The notes beneath the pieces were generated by a model. The model saw only the letters and a program-made list of their open reading frames with translations, did no database searches and was not told where the DNA came from. Below are positions 37,633 through 46,191 of a stretch of 64,000 nucleotides of DNA, piece by piece; position 1 is the first letter of the stretch; the number at the start of each line of letters is the position of its first letter. The position numbers and the translations under genes were made by a program. Source of the stretch: Acidimicrobiia bacterium. GTDB lineage: Bacteria > Actinomycetota > Acidimicrobiia > Spongiisociales > UBA5794. The stretch lies in contig JBFGCM010000005.1 in assembly GCA_041581135.1 (NCBI GenBank), positions 10,338 to 74,337 on the forward strand, given 5' to 3'.

Positions 37633-39315
37633 ATGAGCAGAGAGTTCATCTACACGATGCGGCGTATGAACCGCTTCTACCCGCCCGACCGTGAAGTGCT
37701 GAAGGACGTCACCCTGGCCTTCTATCCCGGCGCCAAGATCGGGGTGCTCGGCCACAACGGCGCCGGCAAGTCGTCACTGCTGCGCATCATGGCCGGTCTC
37801 GACGACGGTTTCTCCGGCGAGGCGCGCCTCACGCCCGGATTCACGGTGGGCTTCTTGCCGCAGGAGCCGCAGCTCGATGCGGCGAAGGACGTCATGGGCA
37901 ACGTGATGGATGGCGTGGCCCCGGTGCGCGACCTCGTGGCCCGTTACAACGAGGTGCTTGCCATGTGGGCCGATCCCGACGCCGACTACGACAAGATCGG
38001 TGCGGAGCAGGCGGACCTCGAAGCCAAGATCGAGGCCGCCGACGCGTGGGACCTCGAGCGGCAGGTGGAGATCGCCATGGATGCCCTTCGGGTGCCCCCG
38101 GGCGACGTCGATGTGGGCACGTTGTCCGGGGGTGAGCGGCGGCGGGTGGCGCTGTGCCGCCTGCTCCTCAGCCATCCCGATCTGCTGCTGCTCGACGAGC
38201 CCACCAACCATCTCGATGCAGAGTCGGTTGCATGGCTGGAGCGATTCCTGCGGGACTACAACGGCACCGTGGTGGCCATCACCCACGATCGCTACTTCCT
38301 GGACAACGTCGCCGGCTGGATCCTGGAGATCGACCACGGCCGGTGCTTCCCGTTCGAGGGCAACTACTCGGCGTGGCTCGAGCGGAAGCAGGCGCGCCTG
38401 GCCCAGGAGGAGAAGGAGGCGTCGGCACTGCAACGCACCCTCCGCCAGGAGCTGGAGTGGGTGCGGCTGTCGCCACGGGCTCGTCAGGCCAAGGGCAAGG
38501 CCCGCCTCAACGCCTACGACGAGCTGGTCGCCAAGGCCGAAGCCGCCGAGCAACGCCAGGGAGCGGTAGAGATGACCATCCCGATGACCCGCCGGCTCGG
38601 CGGGCGCGTCATCGAGGCTCACAACCTGTCGAAAGGGTTCGCTGATCGTTTGCTCATCGAAGATCTCTCGTTCGTCCTCCCGCCCGCCGGCATCGTTGGG
38701 GTCATCGGCGCCAACGGGGCGGGCAAGACGACGCTGTTCCGCATGATCACCGGCCAGGAAGGGCCGGACGGCGGAGAGCTGGTCGTCGGCGACACGGTGG
38801 ACTTGGCCTACCTCGACCAGAGCCGAGACGCCCTCGATCCCGACAAGACCGTGTATGAAGAGATCACCCAGGGAGCCGACCCACTCGCCATCGGCCGGCG
38901 CGAGGTCAACGGCAGGGCCTACGTGGCGTCCTTCAACTTCAAAGGCGCCGACCAGCAACAGAAGGTCGGCGAGCTGTCCGGCGGGGAGCGGAACCGCGTC
39001 CACCTCGCCAAGATGCTGACCAGAGGCGGCAATGTCGTCCTGCTCGACGAGCCCAGCAACGATCTGGACGTCGACACGCTGCGGTCTCTCGAAGAGGCAC
39101 TGCTGGCGTTCCCCGGGTGCGCCGTCGTCATCAGCCACGATCGCTGGTTCTTGGATCGAGTGGCGACCCATGTGCTGGCGTTCGAGGGCAACAGCTTCGT
39201 ACGGTGGTTTCCGGGCAACTTCAGCGAATACGACGAGATGCGGCATGCCGAGTTGGGGGCCGAAGCCGATCAGCCGCACCGGATCAAGTACAAGCCGCTG
39301 GTGCGGAACACGTGA
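37633..39315 (+). CDS. ettA: ABC-F ATPase, energy-dependent translational throttle protein
   Basis: The N-terminus MSREFIYTMRRMNRFYPPDREVLKDV is EttA-like. Two Walker A motifs (GHNGAGKSS, GANGAGKTT) and two LSGGE signatures. Confidence 0.9.
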   Translation: MSREFIYTMRRMNRFYPPDREVLKDVTLAFYPGAKIGVLGHNGAGKSSLLRIMAGLDDGFSGEARLTPGFTVGFLPQEPQLDAAKDVMGNVMDGVAPVRDLVARYNEVLAMWADPDADYDKIGAEQADLEAKIEAADAWDLERQVEIAMDALRVPPGDVDVGTLSGGERRRVALCRLLLSHPDLLLLDEPTNHLDAESVAWLERFLRDYNGTVVAITHDRYFLDNVAGWILEIDHGRCFPFEGNYSAWLERKQARLAQEEKEASALQRTLRQELEWVRLSPRARQAKGKARLNAYDELVAKAEAAEQRQGAVEMTIPMTRRLGGRVIEAHNLSKGFADRLLIEDLSFVLPPAGIVGVIGANGAGKTTLFRMITGQEGPDGGELVVGDTVDLAYLDQSRDALDPDKTVYEEITQGADPLAIGRREVNGRAYVASFNFKGADQQQKVGELSGGERNRVHLAKMLTRGGNVVLLDEPSNDLDVDTLRSLEEALLAFPGCAVVISHDRWFLDRVATHVLAFEGNSFVRWFPGNFSEYDEMRHAELGAEADQPHRIKYKPLVRNT

Positions 39316-39947
39316 ACGACGAACTGGCGCGGCTACGGGACGAGTACGAGGCCGAAGGAATCACCGTGGCCGCCCTCCACGCGGATCCATTCGTGGAGTT
39401 CGCCACCTGGATGGAGGGCGCCATCGCCGCCGGGGTTCATCAACCCAACACGATGATGCTCGCCACCGTCGGCGTCGCCGGTCGGCCCTCGCTCCGCGCC
39501 GTGTTGCTCAAGGGTCTCGACCACGGTTTCGTCTTCTTCACCAACTACCTGAGTCGGAAAGGTCGCGAATTAGGCGCTACCGGCGTCGCCGCCGCCACGA
39601 TCGTGTGGGCGCCGTTGCATCGTCAGGTTCGCATCGAAGGCACCGTCACCACGCTCCCAGCCGAGGAGTCGGATGTCTACTTCGCCTCCCGGCCTCGTGG
39701 GGCTCAACTGGCCGCTCGGATCTCGGCGCAGAGCTCGGTGATCCCAGGGCGAGCGGTGCTCGAAGATGCGATCGCCGCCGCCGAGGAGGCGTTTCCAGGC
39801 GAGGTTCCCCGGCCCGCTCACTGGGGCGGATATCGCATCGTGCCCGATGTCATCGAGTTCTGGCAGGGGAGGCGAGACCGGCTGCACGACCGGGTGCGCT
39901 ACCGGCGCGCCGACGCAGCGTGGAAGAAGGAGCGACTCGCTCCTTGA
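39312..39947 (+). CDS. pdxH: pyridoxamine 5'-phosphate oxidase
   Basis: GTG 39312 overlaps the ettA stop (GTGA). Motifs LATV...GRPS.R.VLLKG, FFTNY.S.KG, QVRIEG and C-terminal HWGGYR..P..IEFWQGR..RLHDR. Confidence 0.9.
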   Translation: MNDELARLRDEYEAEGITVAALHADPFVEFATWMEGAIAAGVHQPNTMMLATVGVAGRPSLRAVLLKGLDHGFVFFTNYLSRKGRELGATGVAAATIVWAPLHRQVRIEGTVTTLPAEESDVYFASRPRGAQLAARISAQSSVIPGRAVLEDAIAAAEEAFPGEVPRPAHWGGYRIVPDVIEFWQGRRDRLHDRVRYRRADAAWKKERLAP

Positions 39948-40680
39948 GACCCTGGTGCGGGGTCGACCTCGAAACCTACGCGGCGATCATCCACGGTGGC
40001 CTCGGGACGCACGAATCGGTCCCGTGCATACGTGATTCTGCACGTCGAGTGACGGACAGAAGGGGGGTGTGACTCCACCCGGCAGCTCGTGGTGGTCAGC
40101 GCCGGCGTCGATCCGGCGACCTCTGGTTATTCAGACCGGCGCAGGCTGACTCTCTGACCTGGGGATTTGTCCCGAATAGCAGCCTGACCTGGAGTTTTGC
40201 CGTTTCGGTCGTTCCCGGCGTTGACCCTGTTTTCCCGGTGGTCTGTGTGGATTTCGTGGGGACGTGGTGATTACCCGTCGACGTCTTGAGACGAAGGACC
40301 ATGACGTAGCACGAGCCAGGCTTGCGCGAGCCTGCGCACCAGCCCCAGCCTGAGCCATATTCACATCCTCAACGCCGCGGGTCATCGTCGCTCGGAATAG
40401 TCCTGTTGCCACTAGTTGGTCGAACAGCCTGCGCTCAGACCGCTCCGAGGCGTCGATCGTGACCGCCGAGACCGGTAAGCAGTTCTCAGTTTTCGGGAAT
40501 ACCCCGCCCCTGCTCAGCGTGCGTAGATGCCGTAATCGATCCGCACAGTGCTGGAGCGATGGGTACTCCGGCCGTCCCGAGTCGACCTCACGAGGCTAGG
40601 GCACTCTGCCTCTACTGCGGCTCGAATCGCCGGGGTTTCACTTGATGGGAGGCCGATCGAGTCGAGATGAGGAGGACGAC

Positions 40681-41292
40681 ATGACAAACGGCAGCGTGCC
40701 AGAACACCCGATAGTCAGGACTCGGAGAGCGACTGTTCGTCGAGCGCTCCGCAGCAGTCTTGGGCTAGCGCTCGTCGTCTTGCTCGCGCTTGCGCTCCTT
40801 CCCACGGGAGTACTTGCGGCTGCTGCTGGCTGGGTGCGTTGTGCAATCGGTAGCCCAGATATCTGCTACACGGTCGGCCAAGTCGGGATCGGGACCACCG
40901 ATCCGAGCCGGGTACTGCACGTACAGAGCGACGGACAGCTTGAGGTCGAGATCGAGGAGACGAGACCCGGCTTTGCGGCACATCTCTACATGAGAAACCC
41001 GGCCCGGAGTTGGCTCTTGTTCTCCGACTCGGAACCCGACTACTTCGCCATCCAGGACGAGACACAACGCCTCAACCGTGTCGTGATCGACAGCGAAGGC
41101 AACGTGGGCATTGGCACGTCGACGCCGAACTCAAGACTCGAAGTGGCCGCAGGGTACTTCGAGTTGCCGACAAGCGACGGCATCCCCCCTGCCTCTGACT
41201 GCGACCAACCGGCCGAGGTTGGGCGTATGACCATGGACAGCTTCAGCGCCGCACTGTATGTCTGCTCGGCACGCGGATGGGTGCGCAAATAG
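40681..41292 (+). CDS. hypothetical secreted/membrane-anchored protein with GIGT motifs
   Basis: ATG 40681 behind GAGGAGGA. One TM or signal segment (LGLALVVLLALALLPTGVLAAAAG). Two motifs, VGIGTTDPSRVLHV and VGIGTSTPNSRLEV. Confidence 0.55.
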   Translation: MTNGSVPEHPIVRTRRATVRRALRSSLGLALVVLLALALLPTGVLAAAAGWVRCAIGSPDICYTVGQVGIGTTDPSRVLHVQSDGQLEVEIEETRPGFAAHLYMRNPARSWLLFSDSEPDYFAIQDETQRLNRVVIDSEGNVGIGTSTPNSRLEVAAGYFELPTSDGIPPASDCDQPAEVGRMTMDSFSAALYVCSARGWVRK

Positions 41293-41408
41293 GCGCCGCA
41301 CGCCATGTCTCGCGGAGTTGGTCTCGGCACAACGCGGGCGGCGCCATTCGTCATGGCGAAGTCGGACGACCAAGTGTGGGATACCGATCCACGATGTCAA
41401 CGGGGCGC

Positions 41409-41714
41409 CTACGTCTCGATCCACCCAAGCAGTTCGGTGCCCACTGACTCATGCAAGAGCCGGACAAGCTCTACCACCGTGTTGACGGCATAGTCGGCCT
41501 CCAACGCGTCCAACTCTGCCATTGTTGGCACCGGCGACCAATCGGCTGGAAGGTGTGAGCCATCTGGGCGGCTGGCCTTGTCGTGAACGAGTCCGTCGCG
41601 GTAGTCGACGAGCAGCTGGAATTGCTCCCACTGCTGACCTCCAAGGTCGGGGGGAGAACCCACCAATCCGAGATGTGCGAGCGCCTTCCGGACTTCCTTC
41701 CACCTCGCAAGCAC
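41409..41714 (-). CDS. hypothetical protein (contains an R-x4-H motif)
   Basis: 101-aa ORF with a GTG start and no clear RBS. Motif LLVDYRDGLVHD. Possibly a gene remnant. Confidence 0.35.
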   Translation of the reverse strand: MLARWKEVRKALAHLGLVGSPPDLGGQQWEQFQLLVDYRDGLVHDKASRPDGSHLPADWSPVPTMAELDALEADYAVNTVVELVRLLHESVGTELLGWIET

Positions 41715-41810
41715 GCCTCGACAGTCTGGCTCGGGAAACAGCTTGAACAGCGTCGTCCGACGCGCCGAATCCGGGTGGGAGAAGGCTCGCCTCGCCCCAT
41801 GATGACCTTG

Positions 41811-41842
41811 GTGCGGGGTCGACCCTGGCGCCGACCCCGCAC
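41811..41842 (-). terminator. 11-bp-stem hairpin downstream of the zinc-ribbon ORF
   Basis: gtgcggggtcg-N10-cgaccccgcac, 14 nt after the stop at 41856 (minus strand). Its left arm is part of the right-hand direct repeat. Confidence 0.45.
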
Positions 41843-41855
41843 GTGACGCCCGTGA

Positions 41856-42122
41856 CTAGGAGAGGACTTCCGGGTCTCGGGCGAACATCTCGGTCTTGCC
41901 GCACGCCCGGCACGACCACGTCTCGAGAGGTGTCGTGTTCCAGGCCGATCCGTTGCGCGATCGAACCTGGAATCGCGTCTGGATCTCAGACGGCACCATC
42001 GCGGCGCCACAGCGCATGCACCGTTTCGAAGCCTCCGTCGTCGGCTCGGCATTCCCCACATCAGCGGCCAATGGCCCCACGGCTGACCCCCTTGTGAGCC
42101 GTCGTGCAGACCAACTTATCAA
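41856..42122 (-). CDS. small zinc-ribbon protein (CxxC...CxxC)
   Basis: CMRCGAAM...(33 aa)...CRACGKTEMF. The start is ambiguous (TTG 42122 or internal GTG/ATG). Confidence 0.45.
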   Translation of the reverse strand: MISWSARRLTRGSAVGPLAADVGNAEPTTEASKRCMRCGAAMVPSEIQTRFQVRSRNGSAWNTTPLETWSCRACGKTEMFARDPEVLS

Positions 42123-42263
42123 CCCACCAGCCAGCTGTGGACCCCAAATGGGAATCGACGGGCTGACTAGCCCGCGCCGCGGAGGGACGAGGACACCCCC
42201 GCCGACCAGTCGCCGACCCGCCAGACGTCGGGAGCGGCCCGCGAGGATGCTGCCGAGTCGGGT

Positions 42264-43505
42264 CTAGCCCACTCCCGACGAGCCCCGTTCGAGAGGATGC
42301 AGCATGCGATCCAGCGCGCCCCAGTACCAGAGGGCAAGTGCGATCGCGATCAATACAACGGCAGCGATCGCATACACGACCCACCCCGCCCCGGTGCTGC
42401 GCTCTCCCTCGATGGTCAGGACGTATTGCGCCACCTCCTTGACCTGCACGGCGTCCAACACGCCCTCGAACGCCGGCATCCCCTCGGGGTGTCCGCCGAA
42501 GACCCGAGAGATGATCTCGTTGGCGCTCAGGCCGATGTTGGCCAGTGACGGACCAAGTCCTCCCAGGCCTTCGAGCCCATGACAGGAAGCGCACGTGGCG
42601 ACGTACACCTGCGCCCCGAACAGCGCATCCTGCGGGATCACCACGTCGTTGCCTGCGGCTATACGCGTCGCATCGATGTACGCCACGAGCGCATCGACGT
42701 CATCGGCTGTGAGGAGCGCGAGGAATCCTGGCATCGCCCCACGACCGTTGCTGATGACCGACACCAGCTCGGCATCCGTGAGCAGCGATGACCTGAGCGC
42801 TGGGCCTACCCCTCCCGAGGCATCCGGACCGTGGCACCGGGAGCACGTGTCGACGAACAGCTGGGCCCCGTGCGCGAGGACTGCAGGATCTGTCGCCAAG
42901 GGCCGTTCGGCCTCGCTCACTCTCACGCCTTCGACGAACTCGATGACGGCGTCGAGGTCGTCAGGTGCCAGAGCCTCGGCATAGCCGGCCATCGTTCCCA
43001 GTCCATCTCTCACGACGGCAGTGAGCTCCTCTCTGGAGACCTCGGACCGCGTGAGGTTCGGACCCATGCCACCCTCGCCGTCGACTCCATGGCACCCGGC
43101 ACAGCTGGTTGCGTAGATTCGAGCGCCTCGTTCGGCCACATCGGCGGACGGCGTTTCGACCGGCTCCCCTTGGAGCGCGACGCTGAAGGAGGTGACGGCG
43201 CGCAGCTCTTCGTCGGTGAGCCGACCACCGAACGACGGCATATACCCCACTCCATCTCGGATGATGACGAGCTGAGCGTCGATTCCCGTCGTCACGTCCT
43301 GCAGATTGGGGCCGATGCCGCCTTCGCCCTGGAGGCCATGACACCCGCTGCATGCTCCCGAATAGATGTCAGCACCATCGGCCTCTTGGAAAGAGCTCGA
43401 AGCGGCCTGGCCTCGAGCCGTCCCGAGCAGCACGGCAACGGCGATCATCGCTCCGATGGCCAGGAACTGCGTGCGTCTCCTCGACGACGCGTGGCCCCGA
43501 CTCAT
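42264..43505 (-). CDS. membrane-anchored tetra-haem c-type cytochrome (4 class-I-like domains)
   Basis: ATG 43505 overlaps the upstream stop (ATGA). Four CxxCH motifs (CSGCH, CAGCH, CSRCH, CASCH), each followed by a candidate distal-Met motif ([YA]MP.F-type in three domains, GTMAGY in the second). N-terminal signal/TM and a C-terminal TM. Confidence 0.85.
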   Translation of the reverse strand: MSRGHASSRRRTQFLAIGAMIAVAVLLGTARGQAASSSFQEADGADIYSGACSGCHGLQGEGGIGPNLQDVTTGIDAQLVIIRDGVGYMPSFGGRLTDEELRAVTSFSVALQGEPVETPSADVAERGARIYATSCAGCHGVDGEGGMGPNLTRSEVSREELTAVVRDGLGTMAGYAEALAPDDLDAVIEFVEGVRVSEAERPLATDPAVLAHGAQLFVDTCSRCHGPDASGGVGPALRSSLLTDAELVSVISNGRGAMPGFLALLTADDVDALVAYIDATRIAAGNDVVIPQDALFGAQVYVATCASCHGLEGLGGLGPSLANIGLSANEIISRVFGGHPEGMPAFEGVLDAVQVKEVAQYVLTIEGERSTGAGWVVYAIAAVVLIAIALALWYWGALDRMLHPLERGSSGVG

Positions 43506-44851
43506 GGTGCCGCTCCGCTCGCTATCCAGTCGATGATCAGTTGGATGTCCGCTTCGGGCAAGCGACCATCGGGCGGCATGATGGTTCCGAAGGTCTGCGT
43601 GCCGTTGAGCTTCTGGACGAGGACGCTGCCATCGGGATCTCCAGCGATGATCGCAGGACCGTTGTCGCCTGAGCTCACCACCGATTCGTGATCCGCCGCC
43701 GACCATCCTCCCAGTGAGCCGTGGCACACGGAACAGTTGTCCTGAAGCACCCCCAGCACGTCGGAGAAGCTCGGAGCCGCCGCTGGTGTGGCGCCACTCG
43801 TGGTCGTGGGAGCACTCGTCGTTGTCGTCACGGTTGGCGGAGGGGACTCTCCGGCGAGAGCGTCACGCGCGTCGACCAGGAACGCGTGGAGCGTGTCGAT
43901 TTGTTCCGTGGGGACGTCAGACTCGGGATACGGTGGCATGCCACCGGGCAGGCCCGTGCGCATCACCGTCTCGAGCCATGGTCTGGTGGCAAAGGCCGGT
44001 GAACCCGCAGCCGCAGCTCCCTGCGCGTCGAGCCCATGGCAGCCGGCGCAGCCCAGTTTCAAGAAGAGTGCGCGGCCATCGCGGACAGCATCTCCGGAGA
44101 GCGCGTCTCCGACCAAGCCCGGGCCCGGATAGAAGTAGGCAGCATCGAGGTAGGCGACCGGCGAACGATCGTATCCCTCGGGATCGAGATTGTGATGCGT
44201 ATCCGGGCTCCGCAGTAGCACCACGACCAGGCCCAGGGCGAGCAGGATCATCGCCCCCGTGGCGACTGGGGCCACGCTGAGACGAGGACGGCGGCGTCGG
44301 GTCGGCTCGGTCTCGAGGTCTCCTTGCTCGTGCTCGCGACCAAAGCGGGACACCCGTACCATCCACAGTGCCGCCACGATCATCACCGCCCACACGCCTC
44401 CGATGATGGCGGTGACCAGCCACGACCCGAACCCGGGAATGGCGACACCCACCTCGGGAGCGATGATTTGGGCGCCGATGCCAACGCCGATGGTCACCGC
44501 CGCATCTGCCTCCGGATGGTCGATGATCTGCACCCGGACCTGGTGCACGCCACGAACGGTGAACGCCGTGACGAACGTGGCGACCCCGATGCGGTTCGTG
44601 GTGGTCGTGCCGAGGTGAATCTCGCCCGTGACGCCGGCGAAGAACGCGTCGGCGAAGAACGCGACCGCTGTGCCTTCGACAGGGGCGAGGTCGGCGATTT
44701 GGCGGACCGACACGACGATTTCGATCTCTTCGCCGGCGGCGACCTCCGTAGGTGCGGACACCTCGAGGATCACGTCGTCTGCCAGCGCTACGCCGGGAGA
44801 GAGGGCCAGTGCCACCGTGACGAGGATCGCAACCGTGAAGCGGTGCATCAT
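43502..44851 (-). CDS. membrane di-haem cytochrome c with N-terminal Ig-like domain and C-terminal planctomycete-type cytochrome c domain
   Basis: The ATGATG at 44851 overlaps the NrfD stop. Signal peptide, 2-3 TMs, and CAGCH and CSVCH motifs. The last domain (...MPPDGRLPEADIQLIIDWIASGA) resembles PSCyt1. Confidence 0.8.
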   Translation of the reverse strand: MMHRFTVAILVTVALALSPGVALADDVILEVSAPTEVAAGEEIEIVVSVRQIADLAPVEGTAVAFFADAFFAGVTGEIHLGTTTTNRIGVATFVTAFTVRGVHQVRVQIIDHPEADAAVTIGVGIGAQIIAPEVGVAIPGFGSWLVTAIIGGVWAVMIVAALWMVRVSRFGREHEQGDLETEPTRRRRPRLSVAPVATGAMILLALGLVVVLLRSPDTHHNLDPEGYDRSPVAYLDAAYFYPGPGLVGDALSGDAVRDGRALFLKLGCAGCHGLDAQGAAAAGSPAFATRPWLETVMRTGLPGGMPPYPESDVPTEQIDTLHAFLVDARDALAGESPPPTVTTTTSAPTTTSGATPAAAPSFSDVLGVLQDNCSVCHGSLGGWSAADHESVVSSGDNGPAIIAGDPDGSVLVQKLNGTQTFGTIMPPDGRLPEADIQLIIDWIASGAAP

Positions 44852-46191
44852 GGCGCGAGGCCTTCCCCGAGCTGGCCGCCGGCGGGTACCGGCCCGTGTG
44901 GGGCCGTGTGCTCCCGCTCTTCGACCATCTCGTACACGGCCATGATCGGAAAGAGCTTCACGAACAACGTGACGAGCAACGCGAAGAACGCAAAGCCGCC
45001 GGCGGTGATCGACCATTCGACCCAGGTAGGCGCATAGTTGGCGGGTTCGTAGGGGAGGAGCGGCGCCCGCAAGCCCGTGACGACGATGAAGTAGCGCTCG
45101 ACCCACATTGCCGCCGCGACCAGGACGGCAGCAGTGACGACACCACCGATGGTGCGCATTCGCGGGATCAACATGAGCACGATCGGGACGATGAGTCCTC
45201 CGATGAGATAGAACCAGAAGTAGGGAGCGAACTCCTCGACGAACAGTTGCCGGAAGATGAACTCTGCGCCTTCTTCGAATTTGAAACCGGCGGTCACGTA
45301 CTCCGAGATGTTGGCGTACAGCATGACGCCCGCCATTGCCGCCAGCAGATATCCGAGGTTCTTGAAGTGCTCGAGCGTGAGGTACTCCTCGAGGTGGTAC
45401 ACCCGCCGCAAGAGCGCCATGAGGATGATGAGCGAGGCGATGCCGGAGAAGATGGCTCCGGCAACGAAGAAGAACCCGAAGATCGCACTGTTCCAGGCCT
45501 CGCGCAGCGTCATGGCGAAGATCCAGGAAACGACGGTGTGCACCGACACCGCGATCGGGATGATGAGGATCATCATGATCGAGATCGAGCTGCGGAGTTG
45601 CCGCTGCTGGCTGTCGCTTCCGGTCCAATTGATCGACAGGAGCCGGTACAGGCTGCTCTTCCAGCCCGCCACCTGACCTTGGAGCCGATCCCGGAAGAAC
45701 GCCAGATCGGGGATCATGGGCAGATACAGGTAGAGCAAGCTGGCCGTCAGATAGGTGGTCACGGCCAGGACGTCCCAGACGATGGGGGATTGCCACCGGC
45801 CATAGATGATCACGTTGAGGAAGCGGTCCGGTCTCCCGAGATCGACGATCACGAAGAGCGCACCGGTCATGAGCGCCACTGCCGTGATGAACTCGGCCAT
45901 CCGTGTGACGGGAGTGCGCCAGCTGGCGTTGGCGACCCGCAAGATCGCCGAGATCAGCGTGCCGGCGTGGCTGATGCCGATGAAGAACACGAACATGGTG
46001 ATGTAGAGGCCCCACGAGATGCGATCGCGCATCCCGGTGACCACCAGCCCGTCCCGCACTTGGACGTAGTACGCATAGAGAGCCCATCCGACGATGGCCA
46101 AGAGCACCCCGACGACGACGTAGTAGCTGCGAGTCGTCTTGCGAGCCGGTTCGAGCGTTGCGACCTCGAGTCTCTCCCTCCAAGGATTCAC
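44848..46191 (-). CDS. NrfD/PsrC-family polytopic membrane quinone-interacting subunit
   Basis: GTG 46191 overlaps the FeS stop (GTGA). Multiple TMs. The N-terminal pattern WGLYITMFVFFIGISHAGTLISAILR is typical of the NrfD family. Confidence 0.8.
   Translation of the reverse strand: MNPWRERLEVATLEPARKTTRSYYVVVGVLLAIVGWALYAYYVQVRDGLVVTGMRDRISWGLYITMFVFFIGISHAGTLISAILRVANASWRTPVTRMAEFITAVALMTGALFVIVDLGRPDRFLNVIIYGRWQSPIVWDVLAVTTYLTASLLYLYLPMIPDLAFFRDRLQGQVAGWKSSLYRLLSINWTGSDSQQRQLRSSISIMMILIIPIAVSVHTVVSWIFAMTLREAWNSAIFGFFFVAGAIFSGIASLIILMALLRRVYHLEEYLTLEHFKNLGYLLAAMAGVMLYANISEYVTAGFKFEEGAEFIFRQLFVEEFAPYFWFYLIGGLIVPIVLMLIPRMRTIGGVVTAAVLVAAAMWVERYFIVVTGLRAPLLPYEPANYAPTWVEWSITAGGFAFFALLVTLFVKLFPIMAVYEMVEEREHTAPHGPVPAGGQLGEGLAP

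Larger units (their letters stand above)
39948..41824. other. lower-GC islet segment bracketed by a 20/21-nt direct repeat (possible remnant of an integrated element)
   Basis: gacc[c/t]tggtgcggggtcgacc occurs at 39948-39968 and 41804-41824. Sampled 60-nt lines inside run about 57-67% GC, against 70% for one sampled neighbouring line. No integrase is present. Confidence 0.3.

Noticed and set aside
40091-40160. tRNA-like segment on the minus strand ending ...GGTCGCCGGATCGACGCCGGCGCTGACCACCA, with a possible GAA anticodon loop.
   Set aside because: It is only about 67 nt before the CCA. No D-arm can be drawn, the T-loop is ATCGACG rather than TTCGA-like, the anticodon stem has a mismatch, and position 37 is a pyrimidine. 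At best it is a degenerate tRNA relic. The stem cgccgg/ccggcg may just be a hairpin. Not called as a tRNA.
40131-40560. Open reading frame of about 140 codons on the minus strand in the gene-free part of the islet (the track lists 40131..40412).
   Set aside because: There is no ATG or RBS at a sensible position. The C-terminal half is Arg/Pro-rich junk, and I recognise no similarity to integrase, excisionase or transposase motifs. It is possibly a decayed pseudogene but cannot be supported.
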